Assembly (NCBI GenBank): GCA_965219385.1 | Contig: CBDCNM010000002.1 | Location: 1,668,936 to 1,732,935 of the forward strand | Length of the DNA: 64,000 bases | Source: Candidatus Latescibacterota bacterium | GTDB lineage: Bacteria > Latescibacterota > UBA2968 > UBA8231 | Reading direction: 5' to 3' | Part shown: piece after piece, positions 9,701 through 20,962 of the stretch | Position numbering within the stretch: position 1 is the stretch's first letter | Layout of the letters: each line of letters starts with the position of its first letter | Program-made: the position numbers and the translations under genes | The notes under the pieces: model-generated | Seen by the model: only the letters and a program-made list of their open reading frames with translations | The model's database searches: none | What the model was told of the DNA's origin: nothing

Positions 9701-11357
9701 GATCGCCAAGGTGCGTTATTCCACCCCCGGGGTGGGGCTGATCTCGCCGCCGCCGCACCACGACATCTACTCCATCGAGGACTTGGCCCAGTTGATCCAC
9801 GATCTCAAGAATGCCAACCACCACGCCCGCATCAACGTCAAGCTGGTCGCCGAGGTGGGGGTGGGCACGGTCGCGGCCGGAGTGGCCAAGGGGCACGCGG
9901 ACGTGGTCCTGATCAGCGGCCACGACGGCGGCACCGGAGCCTCGCCCCAGACCAGCATCAAACACGCGGGCCTGCCCTGGGAACTGGGCCTGGCCGATAC
10001 CCACCAGACCCTGGTGCTCAACAACCTGCGCAGCCGCATCGTGGTGGAGACCGACGGCCAGCTCAAAACCGGCCGCGACGTGGTCATCGCCACCCTCCTG
10101 GGCGCCGAAGAGTTCGGTTTTGCCACCACGGCCCTGGTAGCCCTGGGCTGCATCCTGATGCGGGTCTGCCACCTGGATACCTGTCCGGTGGGCGTGGCCA
10201 CGCAGAATCCGGAGCTGCGCAAAAAGTTCACGGGGGATCCGGCCCACGTGGTCAACTTCCTGCGCTTCATCGCCCAGGATGTGCGCGAGCTCATGGCCCG
10301 GCTGGGTTTTCGCACCCTCGACGAGATGGTGGGCCGCACCGACCAACTCGAATCCACCAGGGCGGTGGAGCACTGGAAGGCCAGGGGGCTGGACTTTTCC
10401 AGGATCCTCTACCAGCCCGAGGCCGGTCCCGAGGTCGGGCGCTACTGCCAGATTCCCCAGGACCACGGCCTGGAAAACGCCCTGGACAATCAGATTCTGC
10501 TGGATCTGTGCGATCCGGCCCTGGAAAACGGCGAAAAGGTCACAGCCACCCTGCCCATCCGCAACACCAACCGCGTAGTGGGCACCATCCTGGGCAGCGA
10601 ACTCACCCGGCGCTTTGGTCCGGACGGCCTGCCCGCCGATACCATCCATCTGCACTTCCAGGGATCGGCCGGCCAGAGTTTCGGCGCCTTTGTGCCCCCG
10701 GGCATCACCCTCGAACTGGAGGGCGACGCCAACGACTACTTCGGCAAGGGGCTGTCGGGCGGCAGGCTGATTCTCTATCCGCCCGCCGGGTCGACCTTTG
10801 CGCCCGAGGACAACATCATCGTGGGCAATGTGGCGTTCTACGGGGCCACCGGGGGCGAGGCCTATATCCGCGGCATGGCCGGCGAGCGCTTCTGCGTGCG
10901 CAACAGCGGCGTCAACGCGGTGATCGAGGCGGTGGGAGATCACGGCTGCGAGTACATGACCGGCGGCCGGGTGGTGGTGCTGGGCTCGACCGGGCGCAAC
11001 TTCGGCGCCGGCATGTCGGGCGGCATCGCCTACGTGCTCGACCAGGCCGGGGATTTTGCCTCTCACTGCAACATGGAGACGATCGAACTCGAGCGTCTGG
11101 AGGACGAGGAGGAAAGCGCCCAGGTAAAGGGGATGATCCGGCGCCACGCCGAATACACCCACAGCGAGTTGGCCTGGAAGGTGGTGGCCTCGTGGGATGA
11201 AATGAAACACAAGTTCGCGGTGGTCATGCCCACGGACTACAAGCGGGTGCTGGCGGCGCTCAAGCGCGCCGAGGAAGCCGGGTTGAGCGGAGAGGAGGCC
11301 ATCATGGAGGCCTTCGAAGAGAACAAGAGTGACGTGGCCCGCGTCAGCGGCAATTAG
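6756..11357 (+). CDS. gltB: Glutamate synthase large subunit
   Basis: 'HEACGIGF' Ntn-amidotransferase start, '[12 protein letters not shown]', 'QVASGRFGV', '[13 protein letters not shown]', 3Fe-4S '[13 protein letters not shown]'. 1533 aa. Confidence 0.98.
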   Translation: MAHPGYPPRQGLYDPRHEHEACGIGFVVNTKGAKSHQIVRQALTVLVNLDHRGACGCEENTGDGAGILMQIPHNFLHQACAGISINLPSPGQYGVGMVFLPPVREQRHACERVFNHIAETEALEVLGWRSVPTDNFYLGQTAKAAEPFVRQVFLKRGADLEDDLAFERKLYLVRQRVTHAIAHSRAEGSAFFYVPSLSSRTLIYKGMLTPRQLEDFYPDLSDPRMETGLALVHSRFSTNTFPSWDRSHPYRYLIHNGEINTLRGNENWMYTRQAMLQSELFGENLEKLFPIIFEDGSDSAKFDNCLEFLSLAGRSVPHAIMMMIPEPWEKHEDMSPAKRAFYEYHSCLMEPWDGPASIAFTDGIRVGAVLDRNGLRPSRYYVTKDDMVIMASEVGVLEVEPERVLHKNRLQPGRMFLVDTEQGRIISDEELKQQMAAEHPYREWLDRYLVKFEDLPAVSRERPQRDHEEVLHRQQVFGYTFEDLRVNVGPMARDGIQPIGSMGNDAALAVLSDQPQLLYNYFKQLFAQVTNPPIDPIREELITSTEINLGAERNLLKPEPESCRRIRLKDPVLKNEDLEKLRQVDQPGFRAATLPILFSVEAGQAGLERALDELFAAADRAIKEGVNILILSDRDFTRERAPIPALLAVAGLHHHLIRAGSRTRVSLVLESGEPREVHHFCLLLGYGAQAINPYMVYESLDDMIREGMLTELSCDQAIAGYNKAVVKGVVKVMAKMGISTIQSYCGAQIFEAVGLNHSLVDRYFTWTDSRVEGIGLDAIAREAQRRHRHAFPEIPVDGHTLEVGGQYQWRQGSEHHLFNPQTVHKLQLAARTNNYAVYKEYAELINDQSEKMATLRSLLEFKYADEPVPLDEVESVEAITRRFKSGAMSYGSISKEAHEYLAIAMNRLGGRSNTGEGGEDPARYVLDPNGDSRNSAIKQVASGRFGVTSHYLVNAQELQIKMAQGAKPGEGGELPGRKVYPWIAKVRYSTPGVGLISPPPHHDIYSIEDLAQLIHDLKNANHHARINVKLVAEVGVGTVAAGVAKGHADVVLISGHDGGTGASPQTSIKHAGLPWELGLADTHQTLVLNNLRSRIVVETDGQLKTGRDVVIATLLGAEEFGFATTALVALGCILMRVCHLDTCPVGVATQNPELRKKFTGDPAHVVNFLRFIAQDVRELMARLGFRTLDEMVGRTDQLESTRAVEHWKARGLDFSRILYQPEAGPEVGRYCQIPQDHGLENALDNQILLDLCDPALENGEKVTATLPIRNTNRVVGTILGSELTRRFGPDGLPADTIHLHFQGSAGQSFGAFVPPGITLELEGDANDYFGKGLSGGRLILYPPAGSTFAPEDNIIVGNVAFYGATGGEAYIRGMAGERFCVRNSGVNAVIEAVGDHGCEYMTGGRVVVLGSTGRNFGAGMSGGIAYVLDQAGDFASHCNMETIELERLEDEEESAQVKGMIRRHAEYTHSELAWKVVASWDEMKHKFAVVMPTDYKRVLAALKRAEEAGLSGEEAIMEAFEENKSDVARVSGN

Positions 11358-11369
11358 CGAGGAGAGGCA

Positions 11370-12854
11370 ATGGGTAAGCCAACCGGTTTCATGGAATACG
11401 AACGCGAGCTGCCGGCCGATCGTTCACCGGAAGAGCGGGTGGGCGACTGGCAGGAGTTCCACCTGCCCATGCCCGAGGAAAAACTCCAGAACCAGGGGGC
11501 GCGCTGCATGGACTGCGGCGTCCCCTTCTGTCACACCGGGACCCTGATCAACGGCATGGCTTCGGGGTGTCCGATCAACAACCTGATCCCCGAGTGGAAC
11601 GACCTGGTCTACCGGGGCCGCTGGCAGGAGGCCCTGGAGCGGCTGCACAAGACCAACAACTTTCCCGAGTTCACCGGCCGGGTCTGCCCGGCCCCCTGCG
11701 AGGGCTCGTGCGTGCTGGGCATGGACCAGCCGGCCGTCACCATTAAAAACATCGAGTGCAGCATCATTGACAAAGGCTTCGAGGAGGGCTGGGTGGTGCC
11801 GGAGCCGCCCGACAAGCGCACCGGCAGAAGGGTGGCGGTGGTGGGGTCCGGGCCCTCGGGGCTGGCCTGTGCGGCCCAGCTCAACCGCGCCGGCCACCGG
11901 GTGACGGTGTACGAGCGCGCCGACCGCATCGGCGGCCTGCTGATCTACGGGATCCCCAACATGAAACTCGACAAAAGGACCGTGCAGCGCCGCGTCGACC
12001 AGATGGCGGCCGAAGGGGTCGAGTTCGTGACCAGCACCGAAATCGGCGTGGATATCCCGGCCACCCGGCTGGCGCAGGAGTTCGACGCGGTGGTGCTGTG
12101 CAGCGGCGCCACCAAGGGGCGCGACTTGCCGATTGAGGGCCGCGAGCTCAAAGGGATTCACTTTGCCATGGAGTTCCTGCACGCCAATACCAGGAGCCTG
12201 CTGGACTCCAATCACCAGGACGGCAACTACATCTCGGCCAGGGACAAAAACGTGGTCGTCATCGGCGGCGGCGACACCGGCACCGACTGCGTGGGCACCT
12301 CCATGCGGCACGGATGCGCCAGTCTCACCCAGTTCGAGATCCTGCCCCGGCCCCCGGACGAGCGCGCCCCGGACAACCCCTGGCCGGAGTGGCCCAAGGT
12401 CTACCTGCTGGACTACGGCCAGGCCGAGGCCAAGGCCCGCTTTGGCGAGGATCCTCGCAAATACCTGATGACGGCCAAAAAGTTCATCGGCGACGACAAC
12501 GGCCACGTCAAGGAACTGCACTCGGTCCAGGTCGAGTGGGCCAAGGGTGACAACGGCCGGCCTTTCCCCAAGGAAATCCCCGGCACCGAAAAGGTGTCGC
12601 CGGCCGAGCTGGTCCTGCTGGCCATGGGGTTTCTGGGGCCGGAGGACACCGTACTTGAGCAACTCGACATCGAGCGCGATGAGCGCTCCAATGCCCGGGC
12701 CGAGCACGGCAAGTTCGCCACCAGCGTGGAGGGAGTTTTCGCGGCCGGGGACATGCGCCGCGGCCAGAGCCTGGTGGTGTGGGCCATCAACGAGGGCCGG
12801 GGCGCGGCGCGCGAGTGCGACCGCTACTTGATGGGCTCGACCAATTTGCCTTGA
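11370..12854 (+). CDS. gltD: Glutamate synthase small subunit
   Basis: 'MGKPTGF', '[10 protein letters not shown]', '[16 protein letters not shown]', 'GSGPSG', 'GGGDTGTDC', '[14 protein letters not shown]'. Confidence 0.98.
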   Translation: MGKPTGFMEYERELPADRSPEERVGDWQEFHLPMPEEKLQNQGARCMDCGVPFCHTGTLINGMASGCPINNLIPEWNDLVYRGRWQEALERLHKTNNFPEFTGRVCPAPCEGSCVLGMDQPAVTIKNIECSIIDKGFEEGWVVPEPPDKRTGRRVAVVGSGPSGLACAAQLNRAGHRVTVYERADRIGGLLIYGIPNMKLDKRTVQRRVDQMAAEGVEFVTSTEIGVDIPATRLAQEFDAVVLCSGATKGRDLPIEGRELKGIHFAMEFLHANTRSLLDSNHQDGNYISARDKNVVVIGGGDTGTDCVGTSMRHGCASLTQFEILPRPPDERAPDNPWPEWPKVYLLDYGQAEAKARFGEDPRKYLMTAKKFIGDDNGHVKELHSVQVEWAKGDNGRPFPKEIPGTEKVSPAELVLLAMGFLGPEDTVLEQLDIERDERSNARAEHGKFATSVEGVFAAGDMRRGQSLVVWAINEGRGAARECDRYLMGSTNLP

Positions 12855-12887
12855 GGGCTATTTTGGTATAATTCCGTACAGTAACAT

Positions 12888-12925
12888 GAGGCGCTCGATT
12901 TTCCAGGTCGGACGCCTCGTTTTCT
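12888..12925 (+). terminator. Possible rho-independent terminator after gltD
   Basis: GAGGCG...CGCCTC imperfect hairpin followed by GTTTTCT. Confidence 0.4.
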
Positions 12926-12971
12926 AGGTATTCAGTTTTCAGGACAAGGGACGACGTGTGTTATTTTTCTG

Positions 12972-15240
12972 TCAATCAGCGATTAAGTTTTCCATGACTA
13001 TCCGGTTAAAAATAGACGCGTACTTATCGAAATTGCACCCGTCTCGATTGCGTGTCATACTGATGATGAGGTCATTTTCTGGATCAATAAGCAGGCGAGA
13101 ATTAGAGGCGGAGCCGTGGGTAAAGGTCTGGAGACTGAGACCATCGCTTGGGAAAAACATGTTGAACCATATGGTGCCGATGCCCCATTCTGCCGTGGTC
13201 TCAGGTCCCAATAATTGGGTCAGGCGTTGCGGCAGCATCTGTTCAAAGGTAGACTCTCTGAAAAAGCGCTTGTCGCCATAGGCACCGCGGTTGAGTATCA
13301 TCTGACCGATACGCGCCATATCGATGGCGGTGGAACGAGCATCGTAGGAGGAATTGCTAACCTCGGTGTTGGTGCACCCTAGGGGATCGAGTAAGTGGTT
13401 CTTGTAAAGCTGCGGCAAAGACTCCCCGGTGACTTGCTCGAGGATTTTTGAACCCAGAGCGAGGCTGGCGCCGTTGTACTGGAGCATACGACCGATTTTC
13501 AGATGGGGGTAGTAGGCGGCTACGAGATGTTCGAAGTCGTGGCGCTCATCGCCCCAATGGCCCCACAGACCAGCAGTATGTGTGAACAGGTGGCGTACCG
13601 TTGCCGGGGTTTCGGTCTGGATACCTTCAAAGGCGGGAAGGTAGACGTTGATGGGGGCATCCAGATCGATCAAACCCTGATCGACCGCCATCATGACCAA
13701 GGTGCCATTGAGCAGCTTAGTGAGAGAGGCCATCCAACTCTTGGTCTCAGTGGTCATGGGCTGGCCATCTCGCACGCCATAGGCCCTATGCAGGATAATG
13801 ACGCCATGGCGGGCTATGCAAGCGATAAAGGCCTGATCGCTATTGGCCGCCCACTCTTGTAATACGGCGTCGATTTCGTCGATAGCGTCTGTCTGGAAAC
13901 CAGCTTCCTGTACCGTACCCTCACGCAGGACCGGGACAGAGGGAGGCGCAATAGGCCGCGGACAGACAAAGGACTCGGGAAAGCGTCTATCATTGCCGTT
14001 GAGGCGTCGCTTCAGACCGACCCACCACTGCCGATCTGCGGCCTCTGGACCGTTAAAGGTGGAGATGGGTTCCTGGCCGGGCTGGGTTTCGGAGAGCCAG
14101 GCCAGGAAAACGGCCGCATCGCTGGAGTGGGCGGCGCCGTCTCGCAAGGTGCGGTTGAAAAAGCCGCGAATCAAGTCATCGTGCTCGACGGCAATGGCTG
14201 GATCTATCCCTAGTTGCGGGTTTAAAGGTAGTCCATCAGCAGATGGACCGAGCCATTCATGCATCCCGTCGGGAGCGCGGAAGAGGGTGAGAAAACGAGT
14301 AAAATGTCGGCCATCAATAGTATTAATCCGGGCCACAGCTCCGTAGCGACCGAGTTTATCGGCCACCCGGCTGGGGCCTGGGCACTTCCAGGGCCAAAAT
14401 CGCTTGGCCTTCTTGTAGTTCTAATACGCCCTCGGCCAGAAGTTTTTCTCCATCCATTACGGCGACTCGTTGGCTGGCCAGCACTGGACTAGCGGTAACA
14501 CCGATATGGAGATTGAGGTAATGATCATAACTGGCAGTGGCGGCGGCTCTGATAGTGGAGCCGGATGTGTCGGCGAGGTGCAGGCGGTTCAGGCGAGCTT
14601 GGTCTACGTAATGTACGTCCATCGGTAGAGGGTGCCAGTGGACCCGGCTGCCGCTGGAACTCGAATCACCATCGACGACGTGGAGTTGAAAGCCCACTTC
14701 GCGCCCCCGACGAGGAGAGATGCCCAAGTTTTTCCACGGCAGGAGGGCTTCGACGATATACCCCTTCTGCGTCTTGGCACTCCGGGATTCAAAAGCCAGA
14801 GGGGCAGTCCTATTATAGTCGTAGGAGTAGTAGCGTAGCTTCGGATAATCCGGATCGAGTCCGGGTGCCACGTCAAAGCGCACAGCCCCGTAGCCAGACT
14901 CCAGATTGCCCAGGTAAAATTGCACACAGTCGGCCAGAATCAACCAGGTATCCCGGGGCGATTCTTTGATTTCGTCATCGGTGACGACGACGAGAACCAA
15001 TAAACCATCCGAGTTCCATCCCAAGCGGAAGCGGAAGCGGACGTTTAGATCAGCGGGGTGATCAATGTGGCCGTCGTCGCCTGTGAGAGCCTCCACGCGG
15101 AAGCCTCGTTCTTGCCAGTCCTGAAGGTTGCCATCAATATAGATGTTCTCAAGGCGTGGGATGGCGTAAGTTAAAGGGGAGGATTCTGCTCGGGCTGACA
15201 GGCAGAGGATACTCAGCAAAAATCTGTATACTAATGTCAA
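12972..15240 (-). pseudogene. Secreted CBM9-like sugar-binding domain plus beta-lactamase-like serine hydrolase, split into two frames (14356..15240 and 12972..14366)
   Basis: The upstream ORF has a signal-like N-terminus and 'IDGNLQDW...FRLGWNSDGLLV.V.VTDD...GYIVEALLPW' (CBM9/DOMON-like). The downstream ORF has SxxK ('ASLTK'), 'HLFTHTAG', 'YNG' and 'HGS'. The two ORFs overlap by 11 nt in different frames. Confidence 0.6.
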
Positions 15241-15351
15241 GTGAAGTTTCCCTTCTTAAGTTTTCTGAGTGAGGCGCCGATCTGCTAACGAATCAAGACC
15301 ATCTTGCTAATCCCGGTAAAATGATCCTACTTTAGCCGCTACAGCTATTCC

Positions 15352-16722
15352 CTACCGGAAGCGAAAAGCGTACAGGTCGGCATCCACGAGCGCAAAACGC
15401 AGCCGCAAGGGCCGGCCCGCGAGTCCGCTCACATCCTTCCCCCCGTTCCAGCGCATCACCCCTTCGATCTCGTCGCCGAACTTCTCGGGGCAATCCTCCA
15501 GCGCAAAGCCGGGCTGCGGCCGGCCTTCGGCGTCCTGGATCTCGATCCGGATCGACCCCACGGCCGAGGTCGAGTAGTTCAGCTCCAGCTCGCCGCCGGC
15601 AAAGATCAGCGGATGGGTGGTGAACTCCCCGCCGGCGTATCCGGCTTCGACCGCGACGAAGCCGTCGGTGCGCAGGGCGTAGCGGCGGATGCGCTGGGTG
15701 GGCAGATGCGCGTTTTCCATCCCGTACATCGACATCTCGGTGTCCGAGGTGTGCAGCACCCCGACCTCGAAGTAGATGCCCCGATCGTGCCAGTTGCCCA
15801 AGTCGAGCCCGGGACGAATGAACGCCTCCATGAAACTACGGTCGAAGTGGAGGCCGTCGCGACTGGACATAAAGACGATGTCGCTGACGCCGGTATCGTA
15901 GGTCCAGTCGGGATCGGGCACGCGTTCGTGCACGAACCTGGAGGGGAACATGAGATAGGTGCCCGGGGCGCGCTGGTACTGAATGCACGAGTTGGTATAG
16001 AGGTGCTCGTAGGGGGTATCCCCGCAGTCGATGGGTTCGAGCGGCGTCCAGTTGAGGAAGTCTTGGGAGGTGGTGCGGCGAATCCAGCGGACCCCCTCGA
16101 AGAAATCGCCCTGCCCCTTTCCGGCCACCCCTCGGGTATAGGCGACGTAGTGGTTGTGCCAGGTGTCCCAGAAGGCCAGGTTGAGGCTGTCGAAAGGGGC
16201 GTCGGTCAGGATGGGTTCCTGGCGGATCAGGCGCCAGCGGATGCCATCGGGTGAGGCCAGGGCCAGGATCACCTGCTTGGCGCGGATCAGGGCTTTGTAT
16301 TTTTCTTCCTCCTTCGCTTCGGGATTGGCGTCCTTGAAGGGGGCGAAGTTTATCCCTGGGTCGGTCCAGACAATGTTGTTGTGGGTGGAGCCCTCGAACT
16401 GGATCAGATCCAGCATCGGTTTGGTCCAGTGAATGCCGTCGGCGCTCTCGGCGTAGCAGGTGATCGAGTTGTGGTCGGAGTCCTGGGTTTGGGGGGCGGC
16501 CCGGTACCAGCCGCGAATCTTGCCCGCGTCCGGGAAGGCGACGAGATACGACAGTCCCCCCGTCTCCCAGGGGTGCTCTGGATTCAGGGCGATTTCCCGT
16601 TTTTCCGGGCGCTGCAGCCGGCGTTGGGCGCCGGTGATCCGGGCTATCCGGAACGGGTCGACGAACAGCTGGCGGTCGGTGCCGATGTCCACGGGTTCCG
16701 GGGGGGAAGATTGTATGTCCAT
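15352..16722 (-). CDS. Putative beta-propeller glycoside hydrolase-like protein
   Basis: 'IGTDRQLFVD', Asp-box-like 'YAESADGIHW', 'SPDGIRW', 'SRDGLHF', and C-terminal 'LRTDGF...G.FTTHPL..LRF.L.DADLYAF'. Confidence 0.7.
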   Translation of the reverse strand: MDIQSSPPEPVDIGTDRQLFVDPFRIARITGAQRRLQRPEKREIALNPEHPWETGGLSYLVAFPDAGKIRGWYRAAPQTQDSDHNSITCYAESADGIHWTKPMLDLIQFEGSTHNNIVWTDPGINFAPFKDANPEAKEEEKYKALIRAKQVILALASPDGIRWRLIRQEPILTDAPFDSLNLAFWDTWHNHYVAYTRGVAGKGQGDFFEGVRWIRRTTSQDFLNWTPLEPIDCGDTPYEHLYTNSCIQYQRAPGTYLMFPSRFVHERVPDPDWTYDTGVSDIVFMSSRDGLHFDRSFMEAFIRPGLDLGNWHDRGIYFEVGVLHTSDTEMSMYGMENAHLPTQRIRRYALRTDGFVAVEAGYAGGEFTTHPLIFAGGELELNYSTSAVGSIRIEIQDAEGRPQPGFALEDCPEKFGDEIEGVMRWNGGKDVSGLAGRPLRLRFALVDADLYAFRFR

Positions 16723-16769
16723 AACGTTGTCCTTTCTGGGGCGCTGCGGCAGAGTTTTCCGCAAAAAAG

Positions 16770-17789
16770 CTAAAACTGAGAAGGACCGAAGGGCTCGGCC
16801 TGCTTGTAGGGCGAGGGCTGCGGCAGGGTGTCCAGCAGGGCGGACCGGGTGGGGAAGAGCAACTCAGCTTTAGGAGCTGTGATGGTGAGCACCTGGCCGG
16901 TGGTACGGTGGCGCAGGAAGGCGTGGCCCTGGTGGTTGCGGCCGCCCACCTCCAGCACATCCACGGCCCCGTCCTCGTGCGCCAGTTCCAGCCAGCCGGA
17001 GATTTCTGCAAAGGCTTCTGATTGTTGGGGATCGTGCAACTCTTCGTAGCGCAGGCGGGTGAGGAAGGAGGTGTAGGCAAAGGCGCTGGCATTGAGGCAG
17101 GTGTCCTCCCGGCCGGCAAAGGCGGCGAGCCAGGCGTAGGGCGGGCCCTGGAGGGGACCGGCCGGCAAGGTCTCCACCCGGCGCAGCGCTCGCAGGGTAG
17201 AGCCGTGCTCGAAGTTTATCCGGACGATGGATCTCCTTTTGAGGGCCCGAGGCAGGACATGGGGATCGAGCATGGGCGGATCCCCGCCGCCCAGGACCAG
17301 GCGGGGATTGGCGTGCAGGTGAAAAAGGGTGTCGCTGTCCGCCTTTCTCACATAGGCTTCGCCGGCATCCAGGCCCGGGGCCCCGCGACCGACCAGGACC
17401 TTGAGCAGGAGGGCGCCGGAGGCATCCTGCAGGTCAATTGCTACGGCCTGCTCGGGCAAGAGGCCAAAGTGGGCGCGGTTTTCCGGCTCGGTAGCGACCA
17501 CGGTGCCCAGGCTTTGCAGGAGGCTGCCCAGGAGCTGGTCGACGCGGGCGGACTGGACAAAGGCCTCGAAGTAGTCGGGGTAGCGCCAGGTCGAGTCGCG
17601 CCGGACATAGGTCCAGATTCTGGGGGAAGGGCCCGACCGCACCTGGAAGGATTGCACCCTTTCCACCGGCAGGTCGGCAAACGGGCGCAGGGTGCCTCCG
17701 CTACGGCGCCGGGCCTCCCGGTGGTGCTGGAGGAAATGGTCCGTTGCCATCAGGAGGCCCAGGAGCAGGGCAATAAGAAGGTACTTCAT
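16770..17789 (-). CDS. DUF4340-type membrane-anchored protein associated with the Gld-like ABC system
   Basis: N-terminal TM, 'AHFGL', 'LVGRGAPG....AYVRK' and operon position. ATG overlaps the upstream stop (ATGA). Confidence 0.7.
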   Translation of the reverse strand: MKYLLIALLLGLLMATDHFLQHHREARRRSGGTLRPFADLPVERVQSFQVRSGPSPRIWTYVRRDSTWRYPDYFEAFVQSARVDQLLGSLLQSLGTVVATEPENRAHFGLLPEQAVAIDLQDASGALLLKVLVGRGAPGLDAGEAYVRKADSDTLFHLHANPRLVLGGGDPPMLDPHVLPRALKRRSIVRINFEHGSTLRALRRVETLPAGPLQGPPYAWLAAFAGREDTCLNASAFAYTSFLTRLRYEELHDPQQSEAFAEISGWLELAHEDGAVDVLEVGGRNHQGHAFLRHRTTGQVLTITAPKAELLFPTRSALLDTLPQPSPYKQAEPFGPSQF

Positions 17790-20700
17790 GCCCACCTCGA
17801 GGGATGACGGCGGCGCCCGTAGCGCCACAGGCCATACAACAGGATGGCCAAAGGGCCGGTGGCGATCGCGAAGAAACGCCAGGTCGCCTTGGTGACAGGG
17901 CCGCGGAATGCAAAACCCCGCGTGGTTTTGCGGCGCGCCTGCAGCGCGGCCATTTCCGGCCCCCAGGCCATGTAGGCGACGGCGTTGAGGAGGAACTGGT
18001 CGTGCTGGAAAGGCCGGACGTAGAGGTAGTCGTTCTTGAACATCTCGGAGCTGCCGATCAGCAGCAGGCTGCCCGGGGCCGCGGGCGGGGTCTTTTGCGG
18101 CACCAGTTGTTTGCGGCCCTGGTCGTCTTCCTGGAATTCGACCCTGGGGAACGGGCCTTCGAGCAAAACCGCCAGGGGCTGCGGGCCCGGCAGATAGGAG
18201 GTGGGCGCAAAGATCTCCGGCGGCAGCCAGCCGCCCTTCCAGGGAAAGGACCAGGCCCGGGCCGAGGTGGTGATAAGGGTCAGGTGGTCGAGGCCGTTGG
18301 CCTGCAGCCGGGCCAGGTCCAGGGCAAAGCGGTTGCCCCAGATGAAGAGGACATCGCCCAGACGGCGGGTGATCGGAGAGGCGGGTGAGAAGTGGGGGCT
18401 CACGGCGCGGATCAGAAAGGGCAGGGCCACCTTCTGGGAATCGTACTCGCGCACTGCCGTGCGGTTGACCTGGGTCTCCAGGTCCAGGTGCGACTGGGTG
18501 CGGTCCATCAGTACCTCGCGGACCTGTTCGACGCCGAAGAGCCGCAAATAGCGGTCAAAGTCCTGGAACTGGGGCTGGGGCCAGTACACCGTCTCAAATC
18601 CGGCGCCGCGGTACTGGCGCTGCTGGATGTTGAAGTGCTGCAGGGCCACGATGGCCTTGCCCCCGCGGCCCAGGTGCTCGGCCAGCAGGAGAATGAGGGG
18701 ACCGGAATCGCGCCGCGGCTGCAGCCACAGCAGCACGTCGACCTCCCCAGGCCAAGCGGGCTCGCGGATGTTGATGTAGGAAATGCGATAACCATAGTCC
18801 TGCAGCAGGGCCTCGACCTGGCTGTAGACATCGGCGCCGGCGGGCGGCAAAAGCCCCTTTTTGTGAAAGTCCTCCAGGGCCTCGGCCGGCGACAGGCGGG
18901 GCAGATCCGCGATCACAGCCAGGTGCGGGGCGCGGCCTTGCTCGAGGCGCTCCAGGGCGGTGATCAGGAGGAATTCGAGGTGGTCCAGGGTGTGGATATC
19001 CAGGCGCGGAATCACGGCCGCGTCCTGGTCCCGGCGCAGGCGCAGGCCGCTCCAGACCGGCCGACTGGTCAGGGTATCGCGCACCACCCGCTGCACTTCA
19101 AAGGGCTTGAGCCCCCGGCTCTTCAGAAGCTGCTGTTCGCGGGGGGTGAGGTGCTCGGGACGCAGGGTGCGCCAGGGGATCCGGCCGCGTTCGAGCAGGG
19201 CCTGGATCCGGCTCTCGGCAGGTTTCAGGGCCGCGGGCAGGGAGGCCCTGGAGGTGATGGCCACTTCAGCCTGCACATCCGGGCGGGGGCGTTCGAGGCG
19301 CTGGCGGGTCAGGGGGGCCAGGGTGTGGAGGCGGTCCTCGGTGAGGTCCAGGTAGAGCGGCAAGGTCCCGCGCCAGATCTGGGCGGCCAGGACCACGATC
19401 AGCAGGGCCGCGCCCAGGCGCCAGAGGATCCAGCGGGCCCCGGACTTGTGCGGCCAGATCCCGCCTTCGCGCACATAGCGCCGCACCCCTGCACCGAGGA
19501 GGACCAGCGGGACGAGAAACACCGCAAAACCTCGCCACCACAGGCGGGCTCCCCCTCCCAGCAGCGGGATGGTCGGGGGGACGGGGCGCTCCACCCGGCC
19601 GCGGACCAGGCGCTGGGGCTCGGCAAAGGTGCGCAGCAGGGTTTGGGCAAAGACCTGGTGGGCATAGCCGGGCTGGTTGAAGATGCCGTCCTGAAAGGGC
19701 GCGGCGCTGGCCAGGACCAGGATCTGCCCTTTCCAGGGATCCTGCGGTTTGAGCAGGACCATCAGGTTTTGCTTGCCCACCTCCAGCTCGGGGTTCAAAT
19801 CGGCGTTGCCGAAGGGCCGGACGGGCAGGGCCCGCACCCAGGCGTGTTCGGTGGTGGTGCCGACGATCTCGGCCTGGAAGCCGGCCTCTTCCACCTTGCG
19901 GGGATCCACCTCCAGGGCGCTGGCAGCGACAAAATTCAGACCGCCCCGGGCCGGTCCCATAAAGCTTTTCATGTTGTAGAAGGCCGGCAGGCAGCGCAGG
20001 TGAAAGGGGGCTTCCACCTGCCGGGTCGAGCCATCCTGGGTGGCCAGCAGCACCGGACCGGCGTTGCGGTCCATGAGCAAATCCGGCAGGGGGGAAATCC
20101 CCAGGGACTGCACCAGGGTTTCCCAGCCCCCGGGCAGGCGCCGGGCGCGAAAGCGGGCCGGACCCTCCTGGTCGACTTCGTAGCCCACGGAGTAGGCGCT
20201 GCCGGCCAGGACCACGGTGCGGCCCGAGTCCACGAAGCGCCGCAGCTGGCGCAGGTGCTCCGGGGTGATGCGGGCCGGTTGCATCCAGAACAGCACGTCG
20301 GCTTGTGTGGGCAGGACCGGATGGCTCTCCAGGTCAATGGGGTCCACCAGGCCGTACTGGCCCAGGAACTGGGTCAGGAGCTGGAAGCCGGGCGGGGCCG
20401 CCACCGCAAACCTGGGTCTGGGCGGCTGATCCAGGGCCTCGAGGTGGGCCAGGATGAGTTCTTCGAGCAGGGGCAGGTGGAGGTTTTCGATGCCCTGAAT
20501 CAGAACCTCGGGGCGGCCTTCCCGGGCCAGGATCAGGGAAGACCAGATCCGCTGCTGGCTGTGCTGGTCCCTCAGGACGCGGCGCACCTGGATCGAAGAG
20601 GCCTTTTTGCGGGCGGCGTAGGCCGCGCCCGCAGCCCCGCTCAAATCCGGGTCGAGGATGCGGAAGTCAATGCGCCCGGGGGCCTCGGCGCGCAGGGCCT

Positions 20701-20962
20701 GGAGCAGGGCGCGCACCGAGGGTTCCACCTCTTTCAGGTGAGAGGGCATATCTTCCCGGGCCGAGACGAAGAAGGTGATGGCCAGGTTGCCTTCGAGCTG
20801 GTGCACAAAATCGAGGGTAGCGGCAGAGAGGGTGGAGGCCTCGCGGCCGCCCAGATCCACCTGCCAGCCGCCCGTGTGGCGAAGGAGACGACCGGCGTAG
20901 ACCGCGATCAGCAGGAGGAGGACAAAACACAGGGCGGTGTGGAGCAGGAAGCGGATTTTCAA
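17786..20962 (-). CDS. GldG-like ABC transporter auxiliary protein with two tandem GldG modules
   Basis: Two units, each TM, then 'DL.....TLS/LA..T', then a glutamine-amidotransferase-like domain ('FVDSGRTVV' / 'HLGRGGKAIV'), then TM. In-frame TTG at 20962 overlaps the permease stop. Confidence 0.72.
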   Translation of the reverse strand: MKIRFLLHTALCFVLLLLIAVYAGRLLRHTGGWQVDLGGREASTLSAATLDFVHQLEGNLAITFFVSAREDMPSHLKEVEPSVRALLQALRAEAPGRIDFRILDPDLSGAAGAAYAARKKASSIQVRRVLRDQHSQQRIWSSLILAREGRPEVLIQGIENLHLPLLEELILAHLEALDQPPRPRFAVAAPPGFQLLTQFLGQYGLVDPIDLESHPVLPTQADVLFWMQPARITPEHLRQLRRFVDSGRTVVLAGSAYSVGYEVDQEGPARFRARRLPGGWETLVQSLGISPLPDLLMDRNAGPVLLATQDGSTRQVEAPFHLRCLPAFYNMKSFMGPARGGLNFVAASALEVDPRKVEEAGFQAEIVGTTTEHAWVRALPVRPFGNADLNPELEVGKQNLMVLLKPQDPWKGQILVLASAAPFQDGIFNQPGYAHQVFAQTLLRTFAEPQRLVRGRVERPVPPTIPLLGGGARLWWRGFAVFLVPLVLLGAGVRRYVREGGIWPHKSGARWILWRLGAALLIVVLAAQIWRGTLPLYLDLTEDRLHTLAPLTRQRLERPRPDVQAEVAITSRASLPAALKPAESRIQALLERGRIPWRTLRPEHLTPREQQLLKSRGLKPFEVQRVVRDTLTSRPVWSGLRLRRDQDAAVIPRLDIHTLDHLEFLLITALERLEQGRAPHLAVIADLPRLSPAEALEDFHKKGLLPPAGADVYSQVEALLQDYGYRISYINIREPAWPGEVDVLLWLQPRRDSGPLILLLAEHLGRGGKAIVALQHFNIQQRQYRGAGFETVYWPQPQFQDFDRYLRLFGVEQVREVLMDRTQSHLDLETQVNRTAVREYDSQKVALPFLIRAVSPHFSPASPITRRLGDVLFIWGNRFALDLARLQANGLDHLTLITTSARAWSFPWKGGWLPPEIFAPTSYLPGPQPLAVLLEGPFPRVEFQEDDQGRKQLVPQKTPPAAPGSLLLIGSSEMFKNDYLYVRPFQHDQFLLNAVAYMAWGPEMAALQARRKTTRGFAFRGPVTKATWRFFAIATGPLAILLYGLWRYGRRRHPSRWA

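Noticed and set aside
6675..12707. Long antisense or alternate-frame ORFs over gltBD (705, 773, 737 and 427 aa)
   Set aside because: Shadow ORFs typical of high-GC codon bias, with no motifs.
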